Below, piece after piece: positions 39,958-49,720 of a stretch of 55,271 bases of DNA; the first letter of the stretch is position 1, and each line of letters opens with the position of its first letter. The notes beneath the pieces are model-generated. The model did not search any database. It had not been told where the DNA came from and saw only the letters and a list, made by a program, of their open reading frames with translations. Made by a program: the position numbers and the translations under genes. This DNA comes from a virus, in IMG/VR virus record IMGVR_UViG_3300028534_000014, positions 1-55,271 of that record, one strand, 5' to 3'.

Positions 39958-41295
39958 ATGGATTTAACTGCAAAAAGATTAGAAGGAGAGCTAATAGCTA
40001 TATCTGGTATAGAACCAGGTAAAAAAAGAGAAGCATATGCTGAGTTAACACTTAATGTCAATGGCAAAGAGTTCATAATAGACCAGTTTATTTCCATGGA
40101 TATTAACTGTGATTTTGTCAATGCGTATTCAGATAAGATAATGTTAGTGTGGAATATGCCTTTAGGAGATTTTATATATGATATATATCCTAATAGAGAT
40201 GATGTAACAGCTACTATAACAAGATACTCCATAGGGAATAAACATATAGAAAGGTTAAACTTAATCTTCTCAGAATTAGACGAGAAGATTGAGTCAGGTT
40301 TAGTTAGTAAGGCTAGTCAAAATGAACTTAACCAAGAGATGGCTAGATTAAAAGCTGAGGCTGTTGACAGAACCATCGTTAAAATGAGAGAGGTATCAGT
40401 CTCGGGCATTGCACATAATGCATCACCAGGAGATGTTTTAGCATCTAAGCTAATGGAGAGTCTGCATATCTTACCATCACTATACGGTCTACTACCATCA
40501 GGTTTAAAGATGGTGCCTGGTGATAATAGTCGCCAGTATAAGAATATAGTAATACCATCTGATACTACAGCTCTATTATTAGCTAGATATTTACAAGACC
40601 ATTATGGTATCTATAATGGCGGTATAGGGCAATATAGACGTACATTTGGAACAGACTCATACTATTATATATACCCACTATTCAGACCTAACCTTTTTGG
40701 TCTATTTAGTAATAAATTGCACATCATAGCATATACAGATGCTACAGCAGCTGGTATAGATGCTACATATGCGTTAGATGGCGATACACTTAAAGTTATA
40801 GTATCTAATGCTCCTAGAAATCTAGATGATGAAACAAAACTTAGGTCTCTAGGGCAGAATATACGTAGCACAGAGTCTGATACAATAATGCGTAGACCAT
40901 TCGAGGTAGCTCCTGATGGGGTAAGAGTGTCTGAAAGTAACTTACAGAGAAAAATGCAACATAAGAAAACTAAGACCGGAGAGGTGGGACCTGTATTAAA
41001 TGATGGTGTTACATCTAACTTATATAAGACTAGGTCTGAAGTATTACTTAATGATGGAGTTTTTGTACAAGTAACTTGGAAAAATAGCAATGCTAGGTTT
41101 CTTAAACCTATGATGCCTGTAGTTTATTTAGAAGAGAGGAATGGCGAGGTAAAGCAGAGAGAGGGGTTATTACATCATTGTAAAATAATGTTAGATAATA
41201 ATAGTAAATCAGAAGTCACAGTAATGACATTGTTTCTTAAGATACCAAGAGATGGTAATGATAAAGCTAAGACTATGGTGCAACAACTATTTTAA
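39958..41295 (+). CDS. Baseplate hub-like virion protein (phiKZ gp101-like)
   Basis: DF.NAYSD, YLQDHYGIYNGGIGQY, YIYPLF and W.NSN...LKPMMP. Confidence 0.7.
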   Translation: MDLTAKRLEGELIAISGIEPGKKREAYAELTLNVNGKEFIIDQFISMDINCDFVNAYSDKIMLVWNMPLGDFIYDIYPNRDDVTATITRYSIGNKHIERLNLIFSELDEKIESGLVSKASQNELNQEMARLKAEAVDRTIVKMREVSVSGIAHNASPGDVLASKLMESLHILPSLYGLLPSGLKMVPGDNSRQYKNIVIPSDTTALLLARYLQDHYGIYNGGIGQYRRTFGTDSYYYIYPLFRPNLFGLFSNKLHIIAYTDATAAGIDATYALDGDTLKVIVSNAPRNLDDETKLRSLGQNIRSTESDTIMRRPFEVAPDGVRVSESNLQRKMQHKKTKTGEVGPVLNDGVTSNLYKTRSEVLLNDGVFVQVTWKNSNARFLKPMMPVVYLEERNGEVKQREGLLHHCKIMLDNNSKSEVTVMTLFLKIPRDGNDKAKTMVQQLF

Positions 41296-41304
41296 AGGAG
41301 TAAT

Positions 41305-41604
41305 ATGGTTATTAATATAACAGACAAGGAAGTTATTGAGGAGCTTCAATCCATAGCCGATAGTGCTATGGAGCCTTTAGTAAAAAACATTGAGAAAATG
41401 TCTAGTATGGTATTAAGTGTCAATTATCTTTATACATTTTTACCAATGGCTATAGTAGATTATGTGTTAAGTCAAGATATACCTAATGACACTACTACAA
41501 TTGAAGTAAAAGTTCCTCATTTTAATATCTCTATTCATATGGCGAATGTACCAGATACAGATAAAGATAAACGAGGCTGGATATTTTCTGTTACTGCACA
41601 ATAG
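41305..41604 (+). CDS. Hypothetical protein
   Basis: 99 aa with AAGGAG RBS. Confidence 0.75.
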   Translation: MVINITDKEVIEELQSIADSAMEPLVKNIEKMSSMVLSVNYLYTFLPMAIVDYVLSQDIPNDTTTIEVKVPHFNISIHMANVPDTDKDKRGWIFSVTAQ

Positions 41605-41630
41605 ATACTACCTATATAGGTAGTATCTAT
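41601..41630. terminator. Perfect 30-bp palindrome between convergent genes
   Basis: atagatactacctatataggtagtatctat. Confidence 0.75.
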
Positions 41631-41633
41631 GCT

Positions 41634-42197
41634 TTAATCATCAAATTCAAAATCATCATCTATAACATTAGTGTTTTCATTAATAGTTTCTGTATCAGTG
41701 TCAGAATTTCTAATAGTATCTCTATCTACAATACATCTACCTAGGAAGCGTTTCCATAATGTTTTATGGTCTTTAATCTTCGGCTCTATACTATTTAATC
41801 TATTAATAAATCTTTGTTCAGCTACTCCAGGAGGCGCATTCTTTCCTTTTGTTTTTAATGTTATCACTATCCCATCTATTTTCTTAGCTAACTCGCTCTC
41901 TAAATAAGAACCACTATCTAATATAGGCGGGACTATATCTACTATATTACCATCATCGTCCACCAAGTCTACTGCTTGATATAGATTATCATTAGCTATA
42001 TGCGCCCACTTACTTCTTATACTGGCTTCTTTAGGGTCTTTTTCGCCAATAAAATAAGGTAAAAATGTACCTAAGAATAGATAATAATTAAAGGTAGGGT
42101 TAGGAATAGCTTTTATCTCTTCTTCAGCTACGTCAACTTTTCTCATTAGGTTCTGAATATCACTGGATAAATCTCCATATAGTACTCTATTACTCAT
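41634..42197 (-). CDS. Conserved phiKZ-like protein
   Basis: FLPYF.G, W..IA...Y..VD.VD..G....VPP and acidic tail. Confidence 0.7.
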   Translation of the reverse strand: MSNRVLYGDLSSDIQNLMRKVDVAEEEIKAIPNPTFNYYLFLGTFLPYFIGEKDPKEASIRSKWAHIANDNLYQAVDLVDDDGNIVDIVPPILDSGSYLESELAKKIDGIVITLKTKGKNAPPGVAEQRFINRLNSIEPKIKDHKTLWKRFLGRCIVDRDTIRNSDTDTETINENTNVIDDDFEFDD

Positions 42198-42628
42198 TAG
42201 TTACTCCCTTTTATTTTACTATATTTATTATAAGTATTTAGATATATATTTTTATCTATTATATATTTCTTATTATACTCAACAGCATCCTCTAAGGTAA
42301 CAATATCATTATCCTTTGTCTCTACACTTATCTTAATAGATACAAGTGTTTTATTATCTTTATTTGTAATAAATTCACAGTCAACATCTACAGCTGAGAA
42401 ATAGGCGCCATACATACGCTTTAATGCGTATATAATTTCATCTATAGCTGTATCAGCATCGCCGGTGTTGTTATACTTTGTCAGTATCTCTTTTAAGCTG
42501 TATGTATATTCTCGAAAATAGATACTTCTATTTTTTTCACTACTCATAAACCACTGTAATAGTTGCCTCATTATCTTCTTAGGTGTATCTAATCCACCAA
42601 TTCTATCTAATACATATACTTGTGCCAT
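42197..42628 (-). CDS. Conserved phiKZ-like protein, possibly a gp25-like baseplate subunit
   Basis: Start at MAQVY with AAGGAG 6 nt upstream; opposite strand upstream of SbcD as in phiKZ relatives. Confidence 0.6.
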   Translation of the reverse strand: MAQVYVLDRIGGLDTPKKIMRQLLQWFMSSEKNRSIYFREYTYSLKEILTKYNNTGDADTAIDEIIYALKRMYGAYFSAVDVDCEFITNKDNKTLVSIKISVETKDNDIVTLEDAVEYNKKYIIDKNIYLNTYNKYSKIKGSN

Positions 42629-42737
42629 ATGCAACTCCTTTTATTAATCATTTAACTTTAATGTGCTATATTTATATCTTATTAACATAATTTATATTTA
42701 TTTCAGTTATGGGATAAGACAAATAATAGGAGCTAAT

Positions 42738-43835
42738 ATGGATAGATGCGTTAAAATAGTAGCTATATCGGATATACATATAGGGCATAATAAAAATCCC
42801 GCTAAAAGTATTGCTGATAATATAATTACATTATTTACCAAATATTATAAAGATATAATAGATGCTGATATCATAGTTATTAGCGGAGATTTCTGGGATA
42901 AATTACTTACCATGGATCATAATGATGCTATAATTGGTTTAGAGTTATTTAAGTATCTATATGAATATGCTAAGAAGATAGGAGCTTTGCTGATAGCTAT
43001 GAAAGGAACAGATAGTCATGATTTAGACCAAATGAAAGTGTTTAGCTCTCTAGGGCTAGCTGGAGGTAAGTATATTTATATAGATACTGTTAAAATATTA
43101 AACTTATCAAAATATGGTATCAATATGAATGTCTTATTCGTTCCAGATAATATGGGTAGCAATCATCTTGAGTTGGAGGAGATGATTAGAACAGAGTTAA
43201 ATAATTATAATTTAATTAAAGTAGATGTAGCTATCACGCATGGAACATTCAAATTCCAAATCCCAGTAGAGTCGGATCAGGCTAGAGATGAAGAGTTCTA
43301 CGAGTCTATTGTAGAATATATTATTATTAATGGTCATCATCACACATACACCGCCCATGGTAAGATAGTCAATGTTGGTTCAGTTGATAGACTAAAGCAG
43401 GGGGAAGAAGAAGATAAAGGTATTGCTGTTATTACAATACATCCTATACATGGTGTGCATATTAAAAGGTTAATCAACCATAATGCTACCATCTTTCGTA
43501 CGTATAAATTAGATGGTAAAGATATTATTAAAGAGACGCGTTTTTTAAGAACGCTACCGGATGGGAGTTGGATACAGTTATTTATTAAAGAGATACCTGA
43601 TCTATCTATTAGAAAACATCTGATAGAACTATATCCTAATATACATTTAGAGTTTAAAAAGTTAGATACAGATATGGATAATGCTACTTCTAATAGCATT
43701 GATATTAAAAAGGTATTGGCGTCTCAATTCGAAATATTGCCTAATACTATAGTAGAACAGTTATATAAGAAGATGAATGGTAGATATGATATCAATAGTA
43801 TTCAAAAGGTATTAGATATGTTAGAGACTATTTAA
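42738..43835 (+). CDS. sbcD: SbcD/Mre11-like metallophosphoesterase nuclease (phiKZ gp65-like)
   Basis: SDIHIGH, SGDFWD, GTDSHD, THG, GHHH and GSVDRL; ATG 42738 has an AGGAG RBS. Confidence 0.9.
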   Translation: MDRCVKIVAISDIHIGHNKNPAKSIADNIITLFTKYYKDIIDADIIVISGDFWDKLLTMDHNDAIIGLELFKYLYEYAKKIGALLIAMKGTDSHDLDQMKVFSSLGLAGGKYIYIDTVKILNLSKYGINMNVLFVPDNMGSNHLELEEMIRTELNNYNLIKVDVAITHGTFKFQIPVESDQARDEEFYESIVEYIIINGHHHTYTAHGKIVNVGSVDRLKQGEEEDKGIAVITIHPIHGVHIKRLINHNATIFRTYKLDGKDIIKETRFLRTLPDGSWIQLFIKEIPDLSIRKHLIELYPNIHLEFKKLDTDMDNATSNSIDIKKVLASQFEILPNTIVEQLYKKMNGRYDINSIQKVLDMLETI

Positions 43836-43865
43836 ACACATATTATTTAGTTAGTCCTAATGACT
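43836..43865 (+). promoter_or_regulatory. Conserved promoter-plus-hairpin element, copy 2
   Basis: acacatattatttagttagtcctaatgact, identical to 50081-50110. Confidence 0.75.
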
Positions 43866-43888
43866 TAATATTAGAATAAGGAGTTGAT

Positions 43889-43978
43889 ATGGTTCATAAT
43901 ATACACACCCACCCAATGGTTATGATTATAGTATTTATACTATTATCTATAATTATAATTACTGATGCAGGTGGTTAA
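43889..43978 (+). CDS. Small 29-aa membrane peptide (not in the ORF track)
   Basis: AAGGAG RBS; MVHNIHTHPMVMIIVFILLSIIIITDAGG*; fills the gap between the promoter and the next RBS. Confidence 0.65.
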   Translation: MVHNIHTHPMVMIIVFILLSIIIITDAGG

Positions 43979-43988
43979 AGGATGATAA

Positions 43989-44741
43989 ATGTTTGAAAAT
44001 AGAGCAATGCATGGTTTTAATATCTCAGTGAGTACTGGTATAGCGTTGAATGCGTTATATCATAACACTATACCAGGAGCCTATACATATGAGACAGAGT
44101 ATGATATGGTTGACTTAGCATCTTGGGATACTTTATATATCAATTTACATACTCTTACTAGGAATATCATAACGGCTATGAAAACAAGTGAGCAGACTCT
44201 ATTCCTTAAGAGTAACAAGAGGAAAGAATTATTAAAAATAGTTCAAGAAGAGATAGATATCATTAAAGGTATTACAATGCTAAATAATAAAAAGGTCGTA
44301 TTTTATCAACCTGACTATAAACAGTTGTTCAATATTAAAGGCTATGGTGAGTTGAGAGATACAAAGAAAGACAGGATAATTAGATGGTGTATGGAAATTG
44401 ATAGTGCGTTAGATAATCAACCTAGTTTAACACCAACTAACAGGGATATATTACTAACACATATGTTGACAGATTTATTAATCAAAGGTAATTATAAACT
44501 TTTGCGTTCACATACAGGTAAAGTTATAAATCGACCTATGTTTGGAAAGTTATATATATCCTTAAAGGGGATGGATATGGCTATCTTACCTGTATATAAG
44601 ATATTGATATCTATCTTTGGCGATGATGCAGGTTATGTTAGACCAGCTAAACCGTCATACAGAAGAGATGTTTATGAAAGGTTATTGAAAGAAGGAGTGC
44701 ATCCAGGTCGTACCGAGGCTTGGATTAAAGCTAAGATTTAA
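43989..44741 (+). CDS. Conserved core protein (phiKZ gp66-like)
   Basis: R...GF.IS..T, YINLHTLTRN, LLTH..DLL, LLRSHTG and IFGD. Confidence 0.7.
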   Translation: MFENRAMHGFNISVSTGIALNALYHNTIPGAYTYETEYDMVDLASWDTLYINLHTLTRNIITAMKTSEQTLFLKSNKRKELLKIVQEEIDIIKGITMLNNKKVVFYQPDYKQLFNIKGYGELRDTKKDRIIRWCMEIDSALDNQPSLTPTNRDILLTHMLTDLLIKGNYKLLRSHTGKVINRPMFGKLYISLKGMDMAILPVYKILISIFGDDAGYVRPAKPSYRRDVYERLLKEGVHPGRTEAWIKAKI

Positions 44742-44752
44742 AGGAGCAGATT

Positions 44753-45280
44753 ATGAAAGAGCATAACAAAGGAAATGTGTATAGAAACATACCATGGGGT
44801 CAACCTAAGGACGAGGTAAATGGAGTAACTTTAAACTTAAGTATGATGAGAGAGTATCCTCGCTTCGTTATATGGGGGAAGGATAGAGAGATGTTAGTAT
44901 CACTAGCAATGGACCCTGTATCAATGAATGCTATATTAGATGATATTATAGAGGTAGCTACTTTAAAAGTAAGTCTAAATCGAGTATATGATATATTAAA
45001 TGTAGATTATGAAGACGGTCAACCTGATCCTACAAAGAAGATCTCTAGAGGCACTATATCAATAGATATTGATGATATATCTATATTGATAAAGATAGTT
45101 ACTCCTAAAAAAGAGATATTTAATTTTAGAGTAAGATGGGATAAGGAGTGGTTTACTATTACTAATGATGAAGGATTAGATATAACTCACTCTCCAGAAA
45201 CTAGTTATAAGTATGCTATAACTTATGCTACGACTTTAAAGCATTTTATATCATCATTTGTTGCAAATTATAAAGGATAG
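44753..45280 (+). CDS. phiKZ gp67-position protein; candidate ChmC (Whirly-like RNA-binding)
   Basis: Between gp66-like and gp68-like; beta4-alpha twice pattern with a YPRF motif; mainly synteny. Confidence 0.55.
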   Translation: MKEHNKGNVYRNIPWGQPKDEVNGVTLNLSMMREYPRFVIWGKDREMLVSLAMDPVSMNAILDDIIEVATLKVSLNRVYDILNVDYEDGQPDPTKKISRGTISIDIDDISILIKIVTPKKEIFNFRVRWDKEWFTITNDEGLDITHSPETSYKYAITYATTLKHFISSFVANYKG

Positions 45281-45282
45281 TA

Positions 45283-46815
45283 ATGAAGTATGTAAAGATA
45301 CAGGTAAAGAACACTAAGTTACAGTATATAGTAACTGACGGTAAAGATGTTGAAAGAGTGTATACAATAGCGCCATTATATAATAGGGTTACTATCACTG
45401 AAGCTCTAGATAGCCGAACTGTTGAGCTAGTAAATAGCTATATTAAAGAGTATGGGATAATAGATAGATATATAGAAGGCCTTGATAAGGTTTCTGATGA
45501 TATATTGAACATAGAGCCTGTGCATACTATACAAGCATCATTTAGAGAGCTTATAGACCTATTCCCATACGAGCAGATTATGGATCTTATACGTAGTCAG
45601 AGATATGTAACACCATCTGATATATACGATAAAGTAGATAGCTATAAAGCTGATAATGCTTTAATCACAACGGAGCAGACTTATACTATAAATCAGTATT
45701 ATGACCTATTAGTATTGACTACCTTAGTGAAAGCAATCTTACCAGTGGCTGCTATGTATTATGTTGTTATTCTAGACGGGCAGACTAGGATGGAGCATAA
45801 ATTATTAGATATATTTGCTGATAGTTGGGTAGAGTATCATCCTGCTATAGAGAAGTTAAATAGCTTTATTACAGCACACGCGTCTAGCATTATAACTAAA
45901 CGTACTTCTAAGATGGATGAAGCTTTAGAGAAGATAGCATATAGAAAGAGATTAGAGCCTGATGATATTTATAAAGTGGTCTTAGTCGATATTCTATTTA
46001 GAAGATTATCTATCACGCCTATTAGCAAAACGGATAGAAGTGAGAACATAATCAAACGAGCATATAGTGCTATTACTACAGTATTCGGTGCTAATAATAA
46101 TAGCCAGCTTAAGGATAATATAAATATCCGATCAGGAGCAGGTCTAGATGAAACAGGCGCTGATAATTATAGTAAGTTAGAGAACTATAGACAATCCTCA
46201 GATACCACGTTAGCTGGTGCTGAAGAGTATAAATTATTAAATAATCCTGAATATTTCTTAATGCATTATAATAAGACACCGTCAATAGTTTTTCAGGATG
46301 CATATAAAGCATTTACTACTTGGGAGCGCACAGGGCAAGCTATACCGCAATTCTCATTAGATATACTGGCTATAGTTCTAATGCCTGTCATTAGTTCTGA
46401 TGCATTAAAATTATTGGATAGAGATACACTGATAACAGTATCAGCCGGTTGCTACCAAGTGCTATATGAAGATGGATTTAAACATATAGCGAATTTAGTA
46501 GCTGTTCGTAGAGATACACTAGGCGATGAAGTTAGATCTAGACCGCCTATACGTTGGGCTAGTGATGATGTCTTAAAACAATTAGCAGAAGAGTATCCTG
46601 TTAATGGCTATAAGACTAAGAATAAAAAAATAGACACAGGTGATGATGCAAAAGACGCATTAAATAGTATAGTAAAAAACATCATCAATTATGATTTCCT
46701 ATACCTAATGCCTAAAAAGTATATTCAAGGTTATACAAAACATGTTGAACCTGCTAGCGATATTAAAACGCAGATAGGCGAGATGATACTACATATAGCT
46801 AATACTTATATGTAA
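45283..46815 (+). CDS. Non-virion RNAP sigma-like subunit (phiKZ gp68-like)
   Basis: 510 aa helical protein; EQTY...Y.DL, RRL and S.LENYR motifs; synteny. Confidence 0.7.
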   Translation: MKYVKIQVKNTKLQYIVTDGKDVERVYTIAPLYNRVTITEALDSRTVELVNSYIKEYGIIDRYIEGLDKVSDDILNIEPVHTIQASFRELIDLFPYEQIMDLIRSQRYVTPSDIYDKVDSYKADNALITTEQTYTINQYYDLLVLTTLVKAILPVAAMYYVVILDGQTRMEHKLLDIFADSWVEYHPAIEKLNSFITAHASSIITKRTSKMDEALEKIAYRKRLEPDDIYKVVLVDILFRRLSITPISKTDRSENIIKRAYSAITTVFGANNNSQLKDNINIRSGAGLDETGADNYSKLENYRQSSDTTLAGAEEYKLLNNPEYFLMHYNKTPSIVFQDAYKAFTTWERTGQAIPQFSLDILAIVLMPVISSDALKLLDRDTLITVSAGCYQVLYEDGFKHIANLVAVRRDTLGDEVRSRPPIRWASDDVLKQLAEEYPVNGYKTKNKKIDTGDDAKDALNSIVKNIINYDFLYLMPKKYIQGYTKHVEPASDIKTQIGEMILHIANTYM

Positions 46816-46821
46816 TTATAT

Positions 46822-46853
46822 ACACATATTATTTAATTAGTCTTAAGACTAAT
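46822..46853 (+). promoter_or_regulatory. Conserved promoter-plus-hairpin element, copy 3
   Basis: acacatattattta-attagtc-ttaa-gactaat. Confidence 0.75.
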
Positions 46854-46876
46854 ATAAGATTTAAAAAGGAGAATAC

Positions 46877-48343
46877 ATGTACTATAGTGATGATATTCCA
46901 GCTCTATCAGCTGGGAAGATACTATCTATCGCAACGCCGTTACCATCTGGGCATAGACGCGGGTATCAAACCCAACTTAAACCTAGAGATTTAGATAACC
47001 TAAGTATGCTATATGAGAACTCCCTAAATATGGGTGAGAATGGTCCGCTAGGTCAAATATCACAGGTCTCAATAGCAAACAGATTACCTAGAGTACTTAG
47101 AGCTGGGAATAAGCCTATCCATACAGATATAGCTAATGGTTGGGATGTGAAAAGATTACAATTCGTCTTTGAAGCAATAGAAGAACCAATCTCTGTTAAT
47201 GGTCTGGTTAAGGAGACAGTAATTTATGTTCAAGGTTATACGGACTACTTTGAAGTAGTTGATGGTATGTTACCAGATGATTTGGTATTCTATTTCAATC
47301 AAGTGTTTGTGGTTAACTACACCTATCGTAATAAAGAGCTAGTTAATACTAAATTACTTAATGCCTTTAATCTAATCTATACCCACGATGGGCGACATAG
47401 ACTAGTAGAAGATGTTGATTTATATGACGAGATAAGCAATAATCTATCTTTAGTGCGAGCTGAAGATATAGCGTTATATATAGGTGCGCAGGCAACGGGG
47501 TCCTCTAGGGCTAGAATACACGTCAATAGCTCTAGAGTAGGGAATATACCACGAGTATCTGATAGTGGTAATAATATCCCAGCAGAATTTACTGCAAACT
47601 TCTTTAATAACATGGTCCACAGTGTAAATATCACACAAGATGATATAGAAACGGATCCTGTTACTAGCTTAACCTTACTGGACGCTAGTGAAGAAGTTAT
47701 GTTAGGAGACATCTCGTTGTTTAGGCATCTAGAGGAGATATATTCAACAGCTGATATATCGTCAGCTGATTATAGGGACTTATGCGAAGTTATCCATGGG
47801 TTTAGGGAAGCTATGGAGAATACAGAAATAAGTGCTTCAGATACATATACAGATATTTTAGATGATATAGATGCCGAATTAGCAACAACTGATGAGTTAT
47901 CTGTAGAGGTCACTTTAGCGCAGGAACTAGGGATAAGCGCATTATCAAGAGCTATAACAAATCGATTAACCTTCTTACATGTATCAATATCTAATGATAC
48001 TGATGATGGGGATTATGTTTGGACAGAACTAGAACCGGCGCAAACTGTAATTGACGGAGAAGACCCCGTGATTAGGCTGAGTGAATTTATGTCATATCTA
48101 ATAAAGGTGATACTCCCATCGATGTTTAGAGATTATACTCTTAATCTAGAGATTATGATTGATTTCAGTGGAAGTAGTTTTATTATGATAGATATATATG
48201 GCGGCGATAGGGTAGTAGTACCATTAGCAACTAGTGCTAGTAGTCTATTATCTCCAATAGCCACAACGCATGATAATTATGAGAGAGTTGTTAATGATTT
48301 TACATCAGTAACACATGTTTTAAGGGGATATAGAAATGAGTAA
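46877..48343 (+). CDS. picA: Phage nuclear import factor PicA/Imp1 homologue (phiKZ gp69-like)
   Basis: IANGW...RL.F, YVQGYTDY, PDD..FYFN, R.EDI and C-terminal SSLLSP motifs; follows gp68-like. Confidence 0.65.
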   Translation: MYYSDDIPALSAGKILSIATPLPSGHRRGYQTQLKPRDLDNLSMLYENSLNMGENGPLGQISQVSIANRLPRVLRAGNKPIHTDIANGWDVKRLQFVFEAIEEPISVNGLVKETVIYVQGYTDYFEVVDGMLPDDLVFYFNQVFVVNYTYRNKELVNTKLLNAFNLIYTHDGRHRLVEDVDLYDEISNNLSLVRAEDIALYIGAQATGSSRARIHVNSSRVGNIPRVSDSGNNIPAEFTANFFNNMVHSVNITQDDIETDPVTSLTLLDASEEVMLGDISLFRHLEEIYSTADISSADYRDLCEVIHGFREAMENTEISASDTYTDILDDIDAELATTDELSVEVTLAQELGISALSRAITNRLTFLHVSISNDTDDGDYVWTELEPAQTVIDGEDPVIRLSEFMSYLIKVILPSMFRDYTLNLEIMIDFSGSSFIMIDIYGGDRVVVPLATSASSLLSPIATTHDNYERVVNDFTSVTHVLRGYRNE

Positions 48344-49688
48344 AGAGAAAGTAGTAGAATTTTATGAGAAAGTAATAGAGTCTTTTGGTTTTGAAACTTC
48401 AGCAGATGATGTCGTAATGATAGAAGATAAACCATTTAAAATAGACGGGTTACCATTGGCGTTACCGACTAAGGATAATATATTAAATGCAACTGATAAA
48501 GATGGAAATTTGCAGTTATATATATTCAATATCCTTGATGAAAGTATAGGGAGACGAAGAAAGGATGTAGATAAACTCTATAAAGCTATGAAATCACACA
48601 TACATATAGCTTTATATTCGTTTATGTATAATATTGTCAATAGTCTAGAGAATAGTGATGATTTGGATTTAAAGAAAACTATCATCATTAACCTTGTTAA
48701 TCAGAAAGTGCGTGGGAATGCTAAAAAGGTAGTGGATGATAAAACAAAGAGGTTACTAGAGGCGTTGTTAGTAGATCCAGAGATACCTTTAGTGAAGTTG
48801 TATAGCCGTAGTAAACATAAAATTTTAGGAGATGAGTATCGTAAAGTTATTATGATAACATTTCCATTCTTAGAGCATCTACAAGAGGGTAATTTACCGG
48901 ATGGCTATAGACGTAAAGATAAGGATTTATTCCAATATTTGATGCAGTTATTCTCTGATAATTTTGATAGTTATTTAGGATATAGTAATAACGGCGATCA
49001 TCCATTCGCATCAGCTATGCTAAGTTCTCATCTTCGGGCTAGTGATAATATTATGAAACTCATTAAGAACTATGGCATAGATATAGAGTACCCTATTCCG
49101 CAGTATAGCAGTAATGACCTAAATAGTTTACCAAAACTACAGAGATACGTGGCTCTTATACCTAATACCGATAACGGCGAGTTAGAAGAGAGAGAAGATG
49201 CGACAGAGTTTATAAATAAAGATAATGAGGCTAAGAGTAGATATAACTCTTTAGCTAAATTGAGTGAAGAAGAGAGCGGTAGGTCTATCGCTAGAAAGAG
49301 TAAGAGGGAGATACCTAAGGAACCAGATGAGTTGGAAGAGACATATGAAGATTTAGTCTCTCAATTATTTGCACCTGCTCCATATGAGGATCCTTATTAT
49401 AACCCTTATTATAACGAACCAGTAAGACCTATTAGAAGAGCAAGAACTGCTCCTATTAGAGGATTACAATCATCAAGAGGCAGAATGCCTATTAGAGAAG
49501 ATTATGTGTCTGGTAGGAGGCCTATGGCAGGTAGAAGAGTGCCGGGTTCTTCAGATGCAGTATATGATGACCCTTATTATAACGAACCAGTAAGACCTAT
49601 TAGAAGAGCTAGGGTTCCGTATTACGAGGAGCCTGAGATACATACTGCGCGTATAGCGACAGGTAGGTATCGTCTAGGGCGAAACTAA
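48336..49688 (+). CDS. Conserved core protein (phiKZ gp70-like) with R/Y/P-rich disordered tail
   Basis: FY..., L.LPT, F..L.E, FP, R.KD and G.N....P motifs; synteny. Confidence 0.65.
   Translation: MSKEKVVEFYEKVIESFGFETSADDVVMIEDKPFKIDGLPLALPTKDNILNATDKDGNLQLYIFNILDESIGRRRKDVDKLYKAMKSHIHIALYSFMYNIVNSLENSDDLDLKKTIIINLVNQKVRGNAKKVVDDKTKRLLEALLVDPEIPLVKLYSRSKHKILGDEYRKVIMITFPFLEHLQEGNLPDGYRRKDKDLFQYLMQLFSDNFDSYLGYSNNGDHPFASAMLSSHLRASDNIMKLIKNYGIDIEYPIPQYSSNDLNSLPKLQRYVALIPNTDNGELEEREDATEFINKDNEAKSRYNSLAKLSEEESGRSIARKSKREIPKEPDELEETYEDLVSQLFAPAPYEDPYYNPYYNEPVRPIRRARTAPIRGLQSSRGRMPIREDYVSGRRPMAGRRVPGSSDAVYDDPYYNEPVRPIRRARVPYYEEPEIHTARIATGRYRLGRN
49402..49609 (+). repeat. Exact 40-bp direct repeat (49402-49441 and 49570-49609)
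   Basis: acccttattataacgaaccagtaagacctattagaagagc, encoding PYYNEPVRPIRRA. Confidence 0.95.
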
Positions 49689-49691
49689 ATA

Positions 49692-49720
49692 AGATAGACT
49701 AGCCTAGTGCTAGTCTATCT
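49692..49720. terminator. Hairpin between convergent genes
   Basis: agatagactagc-ctagt-gctagtctatct. Confidence 0.7.
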
